A stretch of 64,000 nucleotides of DNA, from positions 224,001-288,000 of the forward strand of contig JAVJQW010000008.1 of NCBI GenBank assembly GCA_040218735.1, read 5' to 3'. This DNA is from Deltaproteobacteria bacterium (lineage in GTDB: Bacteria; Myxococcota; Kuafuiibacteriia; Kuafuiibacteriales; Kuafuiibacteriaceae). The translations under genes and the position numbers were made by a program. Below are positions 47,216-57,300 of this stretch, piece by piece; positions within the stretch are counted from its first letter, which is position 1, and every line of letters starts with the position of its first letter. A model generated the notes under the pieces. The model was not told the origin of the DNA. It worked only from the letters and a program-made list of their open reading frames with translations, and did not search any database.

Positions 47216-47598
47216 GGCGCCGCCTCACTTCCGCTCGCCCCGCCGGCGCTGTCCGGCGCGGTGCGCTGGGATGGGTTCTCTTCCTCCAGGTAGTGTTTGA
47301 GGAAGACGAGGATCTTTTCGCCGTCGGCCTTCGAGATCCCGGAGCCGGCGTGGTGCCGCATCCGCTCGACGTAGGCGACCCAGTGCGAGAAGTCGTCGAT
47401 CTGCGCGTTGAGCGGTCGCGACAACGTGTGGCACCGCGAACACCGCGCGGCGAAGAGGCGGTAGGCCTCCTGCACGTTCGGTGGGTACTTCGCGACCCGC
47501 TCCTCCGGGAGTCCGCCCCGCAGGGTGCTTCGCCCGGTCACACACGCGACGAGCGCGAGGGCGGCGAGCGCGACGAGGAAGCGCTTGTCAGTTGTCAC
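47212..47598 (-). CDS. Monoheme c-type cytochrome lipoprotein
   Basis: Lipobox LVAC; 'LFAARCSRCH', 'WVAYVERM', 'ILVFL'. Confidence 0.85.
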   Translation of the reverse strand: MTTDKRFLVALAALALVACVTGRSTLRGGLPEERVAKYPPNVQEAYRLFAARCSRCHTLSRPLNAQIDDFSHWVAYVERMRHHAGSGISKADGEKILVFLKHYLEEENPSQRTAPDSAGGASGSEAAP

Positions 47599-48052
47599 GG
47601 GCGCCCTCCGCGATCCAGTCGGCGATGAGCCGGCGCTGCGCTTCGGTCAGGAACGGCGGGCCGTCGAACGGCATCTGCGACCCAAACGGCGGGCCGGGGT
47701 TGATCTTCTGCCACAGGATGCTGTCGCACGGCTGCCCTTCTACGATGACGCCCGAGAGGCTGTTGTTTCCGCCGGCGCGCAACCCGGCGAAGCTCGAGAG
47801 GTCGAGGCCGGTTTGTTCGAAGCCGATCGGGTTGGGGTCCGTGGGTTGGTGGCACGAGCAACCCACCGGGCCGGCCTCCTCCCGGAGGATCGGCTGGATG
47901 TCCTGCGAGAACGAGACGTCGGTGTCCGGATCGGAGTCGTCGTTCACGCAGCGGCCCGCGATCGCGGGGCCGACGGCGGGGTCGAACGTGTCGACGACGT
48001 CGAGGCAGCCCCCGACGCCGACGCACAACGCGAGTACGCCCCAGCGCTTCAC
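47588..48052 (-). CDS. Planctomycete-type cytochrome c lipoprotein with a contracted CxCH motif
   Basis: GTG start overlaps the upstream stop; lipobox VGGC; 'VSFSQDIQPIL...GCSCH...GLDLSS...SILWQKI...QMP...IADWIAEGA'. Confidence 0.8.
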   Translation of the reverse strand: MKRWGVLALCVGVGGCLDVVDTFDPAVGPAIAGRCVNDDSDPDTDVSFSQDIQPILREEAGPVGCSCHQPTDPNPIGFEQTGLDLSSFAGLRAGGNNSLSGVIVEGQPCDSILWQKINPGPPFGSQMPFDGPPFLTEAQRRLIADWIAEGARDN

Positions 48053-49032
48053 AGCGAACCCTTCGTTCGCTGGATTGGGCAGTTCACCAGCACGTCCTTC
48101 TGACGCGATATCGGCGGGACGACCTGCGAAGACACGACGTTCATCCCGACCGGGTCGTAGAACTGATCTTCCGCGGAGAGCCCGACCGCGGAGGAGGACG
48201 TGTCGATCGATAGGTAGTCTTCCTCGACCCGCACCACGGCGAGGTACCACAGCGGTGAGTAGCGCGGGCCGTCGAGACCGGACGCGAAGATGTTGTTCGA
48301 GTCGTTGAGGAGCTGGTCTCCCGTGATGTCGACGCCGCTCACGAACTCATAGAGCGGCGCACCTTCGTCGATTCGCTGGAGCACGTACACCGGGTACACC
48401 GGCATCTGGAGCTTCTCCGGCTCGAGACGTAGGAAATCGGTGAAGACCACCCAGTCGACGCGCTGATTTCGGTACCAAACCCAGCTCGGGTTCGCGTACT
48501 CATCTGGGTTCTGTCGGACCTGGATCTCCGTTTCTCGCAGGACCACGGGGCAGTTCGCCACCCGATCCGTCGCGGCGGGCTCCTGGAGGATTCCGGCGCG
48601 GATGCCCGCGTCGATCCCCTCGCGCGACCAGATGCGCTCGCCGTTGTACTTATCGGTCGTGTAGACCGTGAACACCCGCCACCACGGGGTGTAACCGGTG
48701 TCGCCGGGGATGACGTCGATGATCGTGCGGCCGATCTGCTGACCGTCCGGGCCGATGATTTGGTAGAGCGGCGCGATGAACGTGGCGTTGGGGCCGTCGA
48801 CGTTCCAGTACCAGATGCTCTCGCCGTCGGCCCAACCCTTCAGATACGCAACCTGCGACGCGAACTGCGCGATGTTGCTCGCGAGCGCCGGGTCGTCCTC
48901 GACGTGTTGGACCATTGCGGGGTCCACGTCGGGGTCCCCGAAGAAGGTCGACAGCGGGACATCGTCGTCCTCGGGGGGTTCGAGACACGCTCCGCACAGC
49001 AAGAGCGGTATCAACAGCCAGAGGGATCTCAT
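48049..49032 (-). CDS. Lipoprotein with two tandem homologous domains (DUF7482-like, tentative)
   Basis: Lipobox CGAC; paired motifs 'PGDTGYTPWW...VANCPV' and 'DGPRYSPLW...LVNCPI'. Confidence 0.75.
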   Translation of the reverse strand: MRSLWLLIPLLLCGACLEPPEDDDVPLSTFFGDPDVDPAMVQHVEDDPALASNIAQFASQVAYLKGWADGESIWYWNVDGPNATFIAPLYQIIGPDGQQIGRTIIDVIPGDTGYTPWWRVFTVYTTDKYNGERIWSREGIDAGIRAGILQEPAATDRVANCPVVLRETEIQVRQNPDEYANPSWVWYRNQRVDWVVFTDFLRLEPEKLQMPVYPVYVLQRIDEGAPLYEFVSGVDITGDQLLNDSNNIFASGLDGPRYSPLWYLAVVRVEEDYLSIDTSSSAVGLSAEDQFYDPVGMNVVSSQVVPPISRQKDVLVNCPIQRTKGSL

Positions 49033-49051
49033 GCCGGTCCTTCCATCGGGG

Positions 49052-51205
49052 TCACAGGTCTCGGGTCGAGTAGGCGAGGGAGAATTCGATCGGAACGGCG
49101 CCCGTGTCGGGGTGAGGCATCCGCGCGGAAGCGTAGGCGTCTTCGAGGCATGGGCCTACCCCCGGCAGTCCCCCGGCGGTCACTTTGCGCAATCGGCCCT
49201 GCACGGTGATCGTCGCCTTCACGTTTACGCGTCCTTTGCGGTGCACGCCGCCGCGCGCGAGGGCGCGGCGCATACAGGCGTGGGCTTCGGTCTTCTTGCG
49301 CTCGAGCGCGGTGCGGATCCGGTTCTTCGACAGGCCCCCCGCCATCTCGATCGCCGCCATCTCGACGTCGACGCGGAAGCTCGACCCCAGCTTGGGCGGT
49401 CCCGCCGGCGTCGTCGTCGCGACCTTCACGGGTTTGGGCGCAGGTTGCAGGACCTTGGGCGGCGCCGCCTCGAGGGTCTTGGGGGGCGCGGCTTCGGCCG
49501 GAGGGGGCGGGGGCGGCGGCGCGCGACGCACACGTCGTTTACGCCGTCGGCGCTTGGGGGGATCCTTCGCATCTTCACCGGCGGCGAGCCGGTTCGCGGT
49601 GGGCGCACCGCCGGCGCGGGTGTCGGCGGGGTTCGCGCCGAGGGCTCCGTCCGAGCCGTGGGCGTTGCCGTCCGTGCCGTCGGCGTCGTGGGCTTTGCCG
49701 TTCGTGCCGTGGGCGTTGCCGTCCGAGCCGTCGGCGTTGCCGCTCGCGGCGCCCTCGGTCGTGCCGTCTCCGTCGGCCCCAGCGCCGTTCGCATTGGCGG
49801 CGCCGTTCGCGCCGTCATCGCCGTTCACGGACGCTCCGTCCGCCGCGCTCGCTCCGTCTTGGCCCCGCCCGGCGTTCGCGGTGCCTCGGCTCTGCGCCGC
49901 CCCCACGCGCGCCTCGTCCGCGCTGCCCGGCGCGACCTCGACCACGGCCCGCCCGTCGCGCCCCAGCCACAGGAACACCGCCAGCGCGCCGACCGCCATG
50001 AGCGCGAGCGCCCCCGGTATGAGCGCGATGAGCGTCTTGCCGAGCCCCGGCGCCGGCGGCGCGGTCACGGGGACCGTCGCGGGCGGCTCCGTCGTCGCGG
50101 CCATCGTGCGCGCTTGGCTCACCGCGCGATCCACCCGCGTGGCGCCCCGATCCGCGGCGGGCATCGGCTTCGTCGCCGCGATGGTCTCCTCGAAGACCGT
50201 CGCGACCGCGGTCGAGCCGCGCTCCGCCGGGGCGCGCGACGGCGGCAGCTCGAGGTCACCGATCTCCGCGGTCCGCTTGATGAGCGGCACCGAAGCCATC
50301 CCGGTCGTCGACGGCATGTCCAGGCCCGCCTCGCGCAGCAGCTCGCGCAGGGCGTCGCGCCCCTCGCGCGCGTCGAAGCGCTCCGCCGGGTCCTTCGCGA
50401 TCGCCTGCATCACGATCTGCTCGAGGCGCGGGTGCGGCGTCACCCCGAAGCTCTCCATCTTCGGCGGCGGCTCGGAGATGTGCTTCATGAGCACGCCGGT
50501 CGGCGACTTCGCCCGGAACGGCGTCCGCCCCGTGAGCATCTTGTACATGATGACGCCGCACGAATAGATGTCGCTCTTGGCGTCGAGTGGCTCCCCGCGC
50601 GCCTGCTCCGGCGACATGTACGCGGGCGTCCCGAACACCGCGCCCTGCCGGGTGAGCGGCCCGATCGAGCCGTCGTTCGCGTCGAGGATCTTCGCGAGCC
50701 CGAAGTCACAGACCTTCACGAAGTCCTGCACCGGTCCGTCCTCGCTGATCTTCTCGATCAGCATGACGTTCCCCGGCTTCATGTCGCGGTGGATGATGCC
50801 CCCCGCGTGCGCGGCCGCGAGCGCCGAGAAGACCTGCGACATGATCCAACACAGCCGCGTCGTCTCGATCTTCATCTGCTGGCGCAGCACGGCCTGAAGG
50901 TCCTGCCCCTCCAGGAACTCCATCGCGATGTAGAGCAGCCCCTCGTCCTCGCCGAAGTCGAGGATCTGGACGCTGTTCGGGTGGTCGAGCCGGCTCGCGG
51001 CCCGGGCCTCCGCCTTGAACCGCCGCGCGTGGATCTCGGGCGCCCCCTCCATCCGGAGGAGCACCTTGATCGCGACCGCCTTCGCCAGCCCGGTGTGCTG
51101 GGCGCGGTACACCTTCCCCATCGCGCCGCTCCCCAGCAGCTCCAGGATCTCGAGCTTGCCGCCGATGACGCGCCCGAGCAGGGGATCGATCGAAACTGGG
51201 TCCAT
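49052..51205 (-). CDS. Membrane Ser/Thr protein kinase (Pkn2 type) with a C-terminal AgmX/TonB-C-like domain
   Basis: 'LGSGAMGKVY', 'VAIK', 'HRDMKPGN', 'DFG', 'GTPAYMSPEQ'; TM helix; G/D/N repeat linker. Confidence 0.95.
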   Translation of the reverse strand: MDPVSIDPLLGRVIGGKLEILELLGSGAMGKVYRAQHTGLAKAVAIKVLLRMEGAPEIHARRFKAEARAASRLDHPNSVQILDFGEDEGLLYIAMEFLEGQDLQAVLRQQMKIETTRLCWIMSQVFSALAAAHAGGIIHRDMKPGNVMLIEKISEDGPVQDFVKVCDFGLAKILDANDGSIGPLTRQGAVFGTPAYMSPEQARGEPLDAKSDIYSCGVIMYKMLTGRTPFRAKSPTGVLMKHISEPPPKMESFGVTPHPRLEQIVMQAIAKDPAERFDAREGRDALRELLREAGLDMPSTTGMASVPLIKRTAEIGDLELPPSRAPAERGSTAVATVFEETIAATKPMPAADRGATRVDRAVSQARTMAATTEPPATVPVTAPPAPGLGKTLIALIPGALALMAVGALAVFLWLGRDGRAVVEVAPGSADEARVGAAQSRGTANAGRGQDGASAADGASVNGDDGANGAANANGAGADGDGTTEGAASGNADGSDGNAHGTNGKAHDADGTDGNAHGSDGALGANPADTRAGGAPTANRLAAGEDAKDPPKRRRRKRRVRRAPPPPPPPAEAAPPKTLEAAPPKVLQPAPKPVKVATTTPAGPPKLGSSFRVDVEMAAIEMAGGLSKNRIRTALERKKTEAHACMRRALARGGVHRKGRVNVKATITVQGRLRKVTAGGLPGVGPCLEDAYASARMPHPDTGAVPIEFSLAYSTRDL
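49650..49745 (-). repeat. Imperfect tandem repeat in the kinase linker (DGNAHG-like units)
   Basis: Repeated 'ccgtgggcgttgccgtccg' and variants. Confidence 0.6.
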
Positions 51206-51326
51206 CCAGGTCCTCGCCGCCAGCTTACCTACAAGCCACGACCCTGGCGACAAACCAAGCCGCGAGCTCGGACCCCTCGCGTGCTCTGGTAAAAAAGCCG
51301 GCCCCATGTGAAGGATTCCGGGTTCA

Positions 51327-54300
51327 ATGGCTGAAACGCCGGTCGATCCGGGCAGTTCGCCCGAGCCGACGTCGCTCGGCTTCTCGCTGGGGTTCATCGA
51401 AGGATCCGCGCTCGTCTCCCTGACCGATCGCCGGCTCGCCGAAGGCCTCGTCGTCCGCGCGCTCGACCTGCAGCTCGCCGAGGTCGAGTTCCCGCTCAAC
51501 CTCGAGGGCGGCGCCGAATCGTTCCAGCGCCGCTCGACGGCCCTCCGCAGCCTCGTCCTCGACGTCCACGTCGAGCTGATCGGCCGCGCCCTCACCGAAG
51601 CGCTCGAAGACGGCCCCCTCGAAAGCGTACACGTACGCACCGAGGGCGATCGCCTCACCGTCGAGGTCGGCCTCGCCGACGCCACGTTCGTCGGCACCGT
51701 CCTGCTCTCCCACGACGCCGACCGCACCGTGCGCCTTCACCTCCTCGACCCGATCGTCGTCGGGCCTTCGAAGATCGACGCGTGGTCGATACCCCCGCTG
51801 CTCCTCGACGCCGCTCGTCGCGCGCTGGGCGCCGAGAGTGAGCGCATCGCCGAGTCCCTCCGCCTGGCCGGCGCCACCACCTTTGCGATCGACCCCGCCG
51901 ACGCGCTCCTGTGGGGCCTCCTCCCGCCGCACGGCTGGAAGGTCCCGCACCACGACGAGGCGCCCGTTCACCGCGTCTCGATCACCCCGACGGGCTTCGT
52001 CCGCGTCGCGCTCGGTGCGCCCTCGAAACACGCCGACACCGACGCGGGGACCGCCGCCGACGAGCAAGATGTCTTGCGCGCGCTCGCCCGCGACGACATC
52101 GAGAAGTCGCTCGGCCTCGCGCGCGAGAAGCTCGACCGCGGCGACGCCGTCGGCGCGTTCACCGAGATGCGCAATCGCCTCGACGCATCCGGCGGTCCCG
52201 ACGCCCTCGTCGCCCGTCTTCTCGCGCTCGGCGCGACCGTCGAACGCCTCTTCGATGAGACGAACGACCTCGCCGACGATCGCCTCGAGAAGGACCCCGC
52301 GGACGTCCGCGCGCTCCTCGCCAAGGGGGCGATCGCGTCGGCCGAAGTGCGCGCCGACGAGGCCGCCGACGCCTTCGAGCGCGCGGGCCGCAAGCTCAAG
52401 GCCGAGGCCCACCGCCGCGCCGCCGGGCTCGCGTTCCGCGCCGCCGCCGCGGCCGTCGCGCGCCTACGGAAGAAGGGCTCCGCGAAGCGTCGGGTGCGGT
52501 TGCTCGAGGACACCATCGCGCTGCGCCCCGACGACACCGTCGCGCTGTCGGCGCTCGTCTCGGCGCTCCCCGCGCAAGGTCGCGCGCCCGCCGCCGTCCG
52601 CGCGGCGCGCCGCCTCGCGAACCTCGCGAACGATATCGACACTCGCGTGCTCGCCCACGTGTCGGCGGGTGAGCTGCTGCGCGATCCGATCGGCGATCTC
52701 CCGCAGGCCCAACGTGAGTTCGAGCGTGCGCTGCGGATCCGCGAGGACGATCCGGCGGCGCTCGAAGGCCTCGCCCGCGCGGTGATGGACGCGGGCGAGC
52801 CGCGTCGCGCCGCGGTGATCTTCGAGCAGCTGATCGAACGCGCCGAGGCGGACGGTCAGCGGGACCGCGCGGCGCGGATGTCGCTCGCGCTCGGTGATCT
52901 CTGGCGCCCGCTCGACGCCGAGGCGGCGATGCTCCGCTTCCAGCGCGCGCGCGAGCTCGATCGCACGAGTGTCCCGGCGCTCGCGCGCATCGCGGAGGTC
53001 GCGATCGAACACGGCGGCAACGAGGCCGCGATGGAGGCCGTCGAGTCCGCGCTCCCGATGCTCGACGAGGGACGCATCGGCGGGGACCGTGCGGCGGCGC
53101 TGTCGTTGCGGCTGACCGCGGGGCGCCTCTACGAGGAGCACGCGGACCTGATCGAGGAGGCGATCGTCCAGTACGACGCCGCGCTCGCGCTCGCGCCGAA
53201 CACCACCGAGGCGCTCGTCGCGCTCTCGCGTCTGTACGAGCGCCAGGGCAACACGCAGCACCGCGCGGAGGTGATCGATCGGCACGCGAAGCTCCTGGTC
53301 GGCGCCGGGGATCTCGAAGGCGCGGCCAAGGCGTGGGTCGAAGAGGCGCGGATTCACAAGGACGACCCGAAGCGGGTCGAGCGGATCCGCAGCGCGATCG
53401 TCGAGGGGCTCGCGAAGGAGCGCTCGCACCGCGGGCTGCTCGACGCGCTCGTCGAGATCGCTTCGCTCGGGGACGACGCGTCCGCGCAGATCGACGCGAT
53501 CGATCGCCGCCTGCTGCTCGATGATCCGCCGCAGGTGCGCGCGCCGCTGCTCACGCGCCTCGGTGCTGCGTTCGAGTCCGCGGCCCGCGAGGTCGAGGCG
53601 GCGCGCGCCTACGAAGAGGCGGTCGCGTGTGACGAGCGGAGCAAGGAAGCGATCCACGCGTTGTCGCGGATCTACCGTTCGCGTGACGACCACGAGCGCC
53701 TGGCGGGGGTGCTCGCGCTCGCCGGGCACCTCGCGGTCTCGGACGAGGAGCGCGGCGATCTGCTCACCGAGCGCGCGAGGCTCCTGAGGACGCTCGGCCG
53801 CGACGACGAAGCGTACGCTTCGATCCAGGACGCGCTGAAGGCGGCGCCGGAGTCCTCGGCCGCGCTCGCGGTCGCGACGAAGCTCGCGATCAAGCTCAAC
53901 GATCACGAAGCCGCGAAGCGTCACGCGCTGCACCGGCTCGCGCAGTCGGAGTCGCTGACCGCGGACAAGAAGCTGCCGATCTACGTCGACCTCGCGCGGG
54001 TGGCGGAGGCGACCGAGCGTCGCGACGAGCTGATCGACGCGCTCGAGCACGCGCGGGATCTCGCGGACCCGGAGAGTGAGACCGGTCGTCAGATCGCGGC
54101 GCGCCTCGCGCGGGAGCTGTACGGCGCGGAGCGTCTCGAGGAGCTCGCGGAGCTTCAGAGACGACGCGGTCGCGTGGCGACGGCGGCGGCGACGGAGCGC
54201 GCGGAGCGCTTCATCGAGGCCGCGCGGTTGTCGGCGCGTCTAGCGCAGCACGAGCAGCTCGTCGAGGACGTCGAGGAGGCGCTGTCGATCCTCGGGCGCA

Positions 54301-57300
54301 AACGACAGGAGGTCGAGCTGAAGCTGAAGGCGCTCGACGTCCTGGAGTCCCACGCTCGTCAGCGCGAGGACCTCGCGTTGCTCGCGGACGTCCTCGGGCG
54401 CCGCGCGTCGTTCGTCGGGCAGGCCGAGGAGAAGGAGCGCCTCTGGCTGGAGCAGGCCGACGTCTTCGATCGCATCGAGCGTTACGACGACGCGGTGAAG
54501 GCGCTGCAGGGGGCGTCGGATGCGCTGCCGTCTTCGTTCAAGCTCGCGGAGCGCTACGGGCGCGCGGCGCAGCGCGCGATGAAGAGCGGCGAGGCCGCGG
54601 AGGCGTTCGGGCGTGCGGCGCAGATCGCTCGCGCGCGCGGCGAGGTCGAGCTCGGGTTGGAGATGCACGGGCGCGCCGCCGAGACGTACGCGCTCATGCG
54701 CGATCGCGAGGCCGCCGCGGAGCACGATCGCGCTCTTCTGGAGCTGTCCGGTCCGTCGACCCGCTCGCCGTACCTCGCGGGGGCGATGGAGCGCCTGGAG
54801 CGGTTCGGTCGCGACCACGACGATCCGGAGCTCCTCGCCGACATCCTCGGTCGCCGCGCGAACGAAGCGCGCCCCGAAGACGCCGCGCGGATGCTCCTCG
54901 AGAAGTCCGAGGTGCACCTCGCCGGGGAAGGTGGGGAGCGCGACGGTGTCGATGCGCTGCGGCGCGCGCGTAACCTCGCGCCGCCGGGCACGCAGGTCGC
55001 CGAGGCGATCGACGATCGGCTCGTCGAGATCCTGGAGCAACTCGGCTTGCACGCCGAGCAGGCGGCGGTGCTCGTGGAGCGCGCGGACCGAGCGCCCGAG
55101 GGGGCGTCGAAGGCGGAGCTCTACTTCCGCGCCGCGGAGCTGTACGCGGAGCGGCTCCGAGATCGCGGGATGGCGTTGTCGCGCGCGCAGGCTGCGGTGC
55201 GCGCGGACCCGAGCCACGACGAAGCGCGGGCGCTGCGCATTCAACTCCTGCGCGCCGGAGGGCGTCGCGACGCGCTCGCGGAGGCGTTGGCGGAGGAGGC
55301 CGAGCTGTGCCGCGACGCGCGTCGTGCGGCAGAGCTTTGGTTGGAGGCGGCGCAGATCATCACGCCCGTCGACAACCATCATGCGCTCGATCCGCGCGAG
55401 GTCGAGCAGAGCCTTCAGCTCGTGCGTCGGGCCGCGACGGCGTCGCCGTCGTCGGTGGCGGCGTTCGAGGCCGGTGCGGTCTACACGCGGACGCTGGAGC
55501 GCGCGGACGAAGAGGTCGTGCTGCTCGGGCACGTCGTCGAGCGCGCGACGGAGGCGTCGAAGCGGATCGCGGCGCGCATTCGTCGCGTGGATCTGTTCGC
55601 TGGTCCGCTGCGACAGCCGGCCGACGCGCAGACGGAGCTGATGCTGATCCTCCCGGAGCTCGTCGGGTTGCAGAGCGCGGAGTGTGCGGCGATCGAAGCC
55701 GAGCTCCCCGCCGAGTCCGCGCGGCGCCTCGAGGTCGCGGAGCACGGCGGTGTGCGCATGGCGCTGCTGCAACTCGGGTTGACGCTCACGGAGCTGCAGC
55801 AGGACTGGACTGCGCACGTTCAGGTGTTGATGTGGCTCGTCGACGTCTCCGCCGACGCGGAGGTTCGTGCCGAGCTGCGCACGCGCGCGGGCGGTGTTTT
55901 GGAGTGGAAGCTCGGTGACGGCGAGGGCGCGGAGCGCGAGTACCTCGCGGCGCTCGCGTTGCTCCCCGGCAACGACCGCCCGAAGCAAGCGCTCGAGAAC
56001 TTCTACATGGCGGTGGATCGCTTCGCGGACATCGCCGACAACCTCGGGACCGAGACGCTCGTCGAAGTATGGGGGCGCCTCGGGGACGACGAGCCCCCCA
56101 ACCGCCTGATCGCCGCGGCCGAAGCGCTGTGGCCCAAGCTCCCGGAGGGGAGCGACGAACGCGCCGAGGTGCAGCTCCGGCTCGCCGACTTGTACGTGCA
56201 GCGCGATCGCGAGAGCGAGAGCGCCGACGCCGTTCACATCCTCGAGCAGGTCGAGCAGCGCGCGCCGCGGCAGTTCCAGGACGCGGCGCTCGAACGGTTG
56301 CGCGTGTTCTTCCTCGAGAAGGAGCGCGCGGACCTCTACTGCGACGTGCTCCGCCGACAGGCCGAGCGCCTCGAAGACGACCACAAACGTGCGCTCGCCC
56401 TCGCGGAGCTCGGCGAGGCGTTGGAGTGGAAGCTCGGGGACGGGCTCGCCGCGGAGAACGAGTACCGCGCGGCGCTCGCGGCGGACGCGGAGTGTGTCGA
56501 GGCGAAGCGCCGCCTCGCGCAGCTGCTCTCCTCGCAGGATCGGTTCGAGGAGATCGGTCGTGAGCTCGGCGTCGAGACGCTGGAGGGGGTGCTCGTCGAG
56601 CTCCTCGGTCAGGGCAGCCGCGACCGCGAGCGCGCGATCGCCGCGGCGGACGCGCTCGCGCCGATCCTCCCCCCGGAGCGGGTGGGCGGGGTCTGGCTGC
56701 GGGTCGCGGATTCGTTCGAGGTGGACGAGCCGACCGACGCCTCCGCGAAGGCGGTGCGCGTCGCGTTGCAGCGCGCGTCGGAGGCCGACGGTCCCAACCA
56801 GAAGCAGGCGCTCACCCGACTCACCGCGTGGCTCGCGCAGGCGAACGATCGCGGGGAGCTCGCGAACGTGCTGCGTCGCCGCGTCGAGATGGAGAAGGAC
56901 CCGGAGCTTCGGGCGTCGCTCCAGCTGGAGCTCGGGCGGCTCGTGATGTCGATGCTCTCCGAGTCCGAGGGCCCGGGGCGCGAGGCGATCGAAGAAGAGG
57001 CCGAGCGCGAGCTGCGCTCCGCACTCGAGACGGACGCGCGCAACGAAGAAGCGCGCGCGCTGCTGGAGCGCCTCTACCTCGAACGTGCGCGGTACCTGGA
57101 GATCGGCCGGGTGCTCGGACGCGAAGTCCTCGAGCGGCTGCGGGTCGAGGGTGAGACGTCGGGTGACGTCGCGCAGGCGCGCGGCGCGGTGGCGGCGCTC
57201 GCGGAGATGTCGGAGGGGTCCGAGCGGGCGGGGTTGCTCGTCGAGCTGGTCGGCTACGCAGAGGACGCGGAGGGGCAGCCCGGTTGGCCGCGGACGCCGG

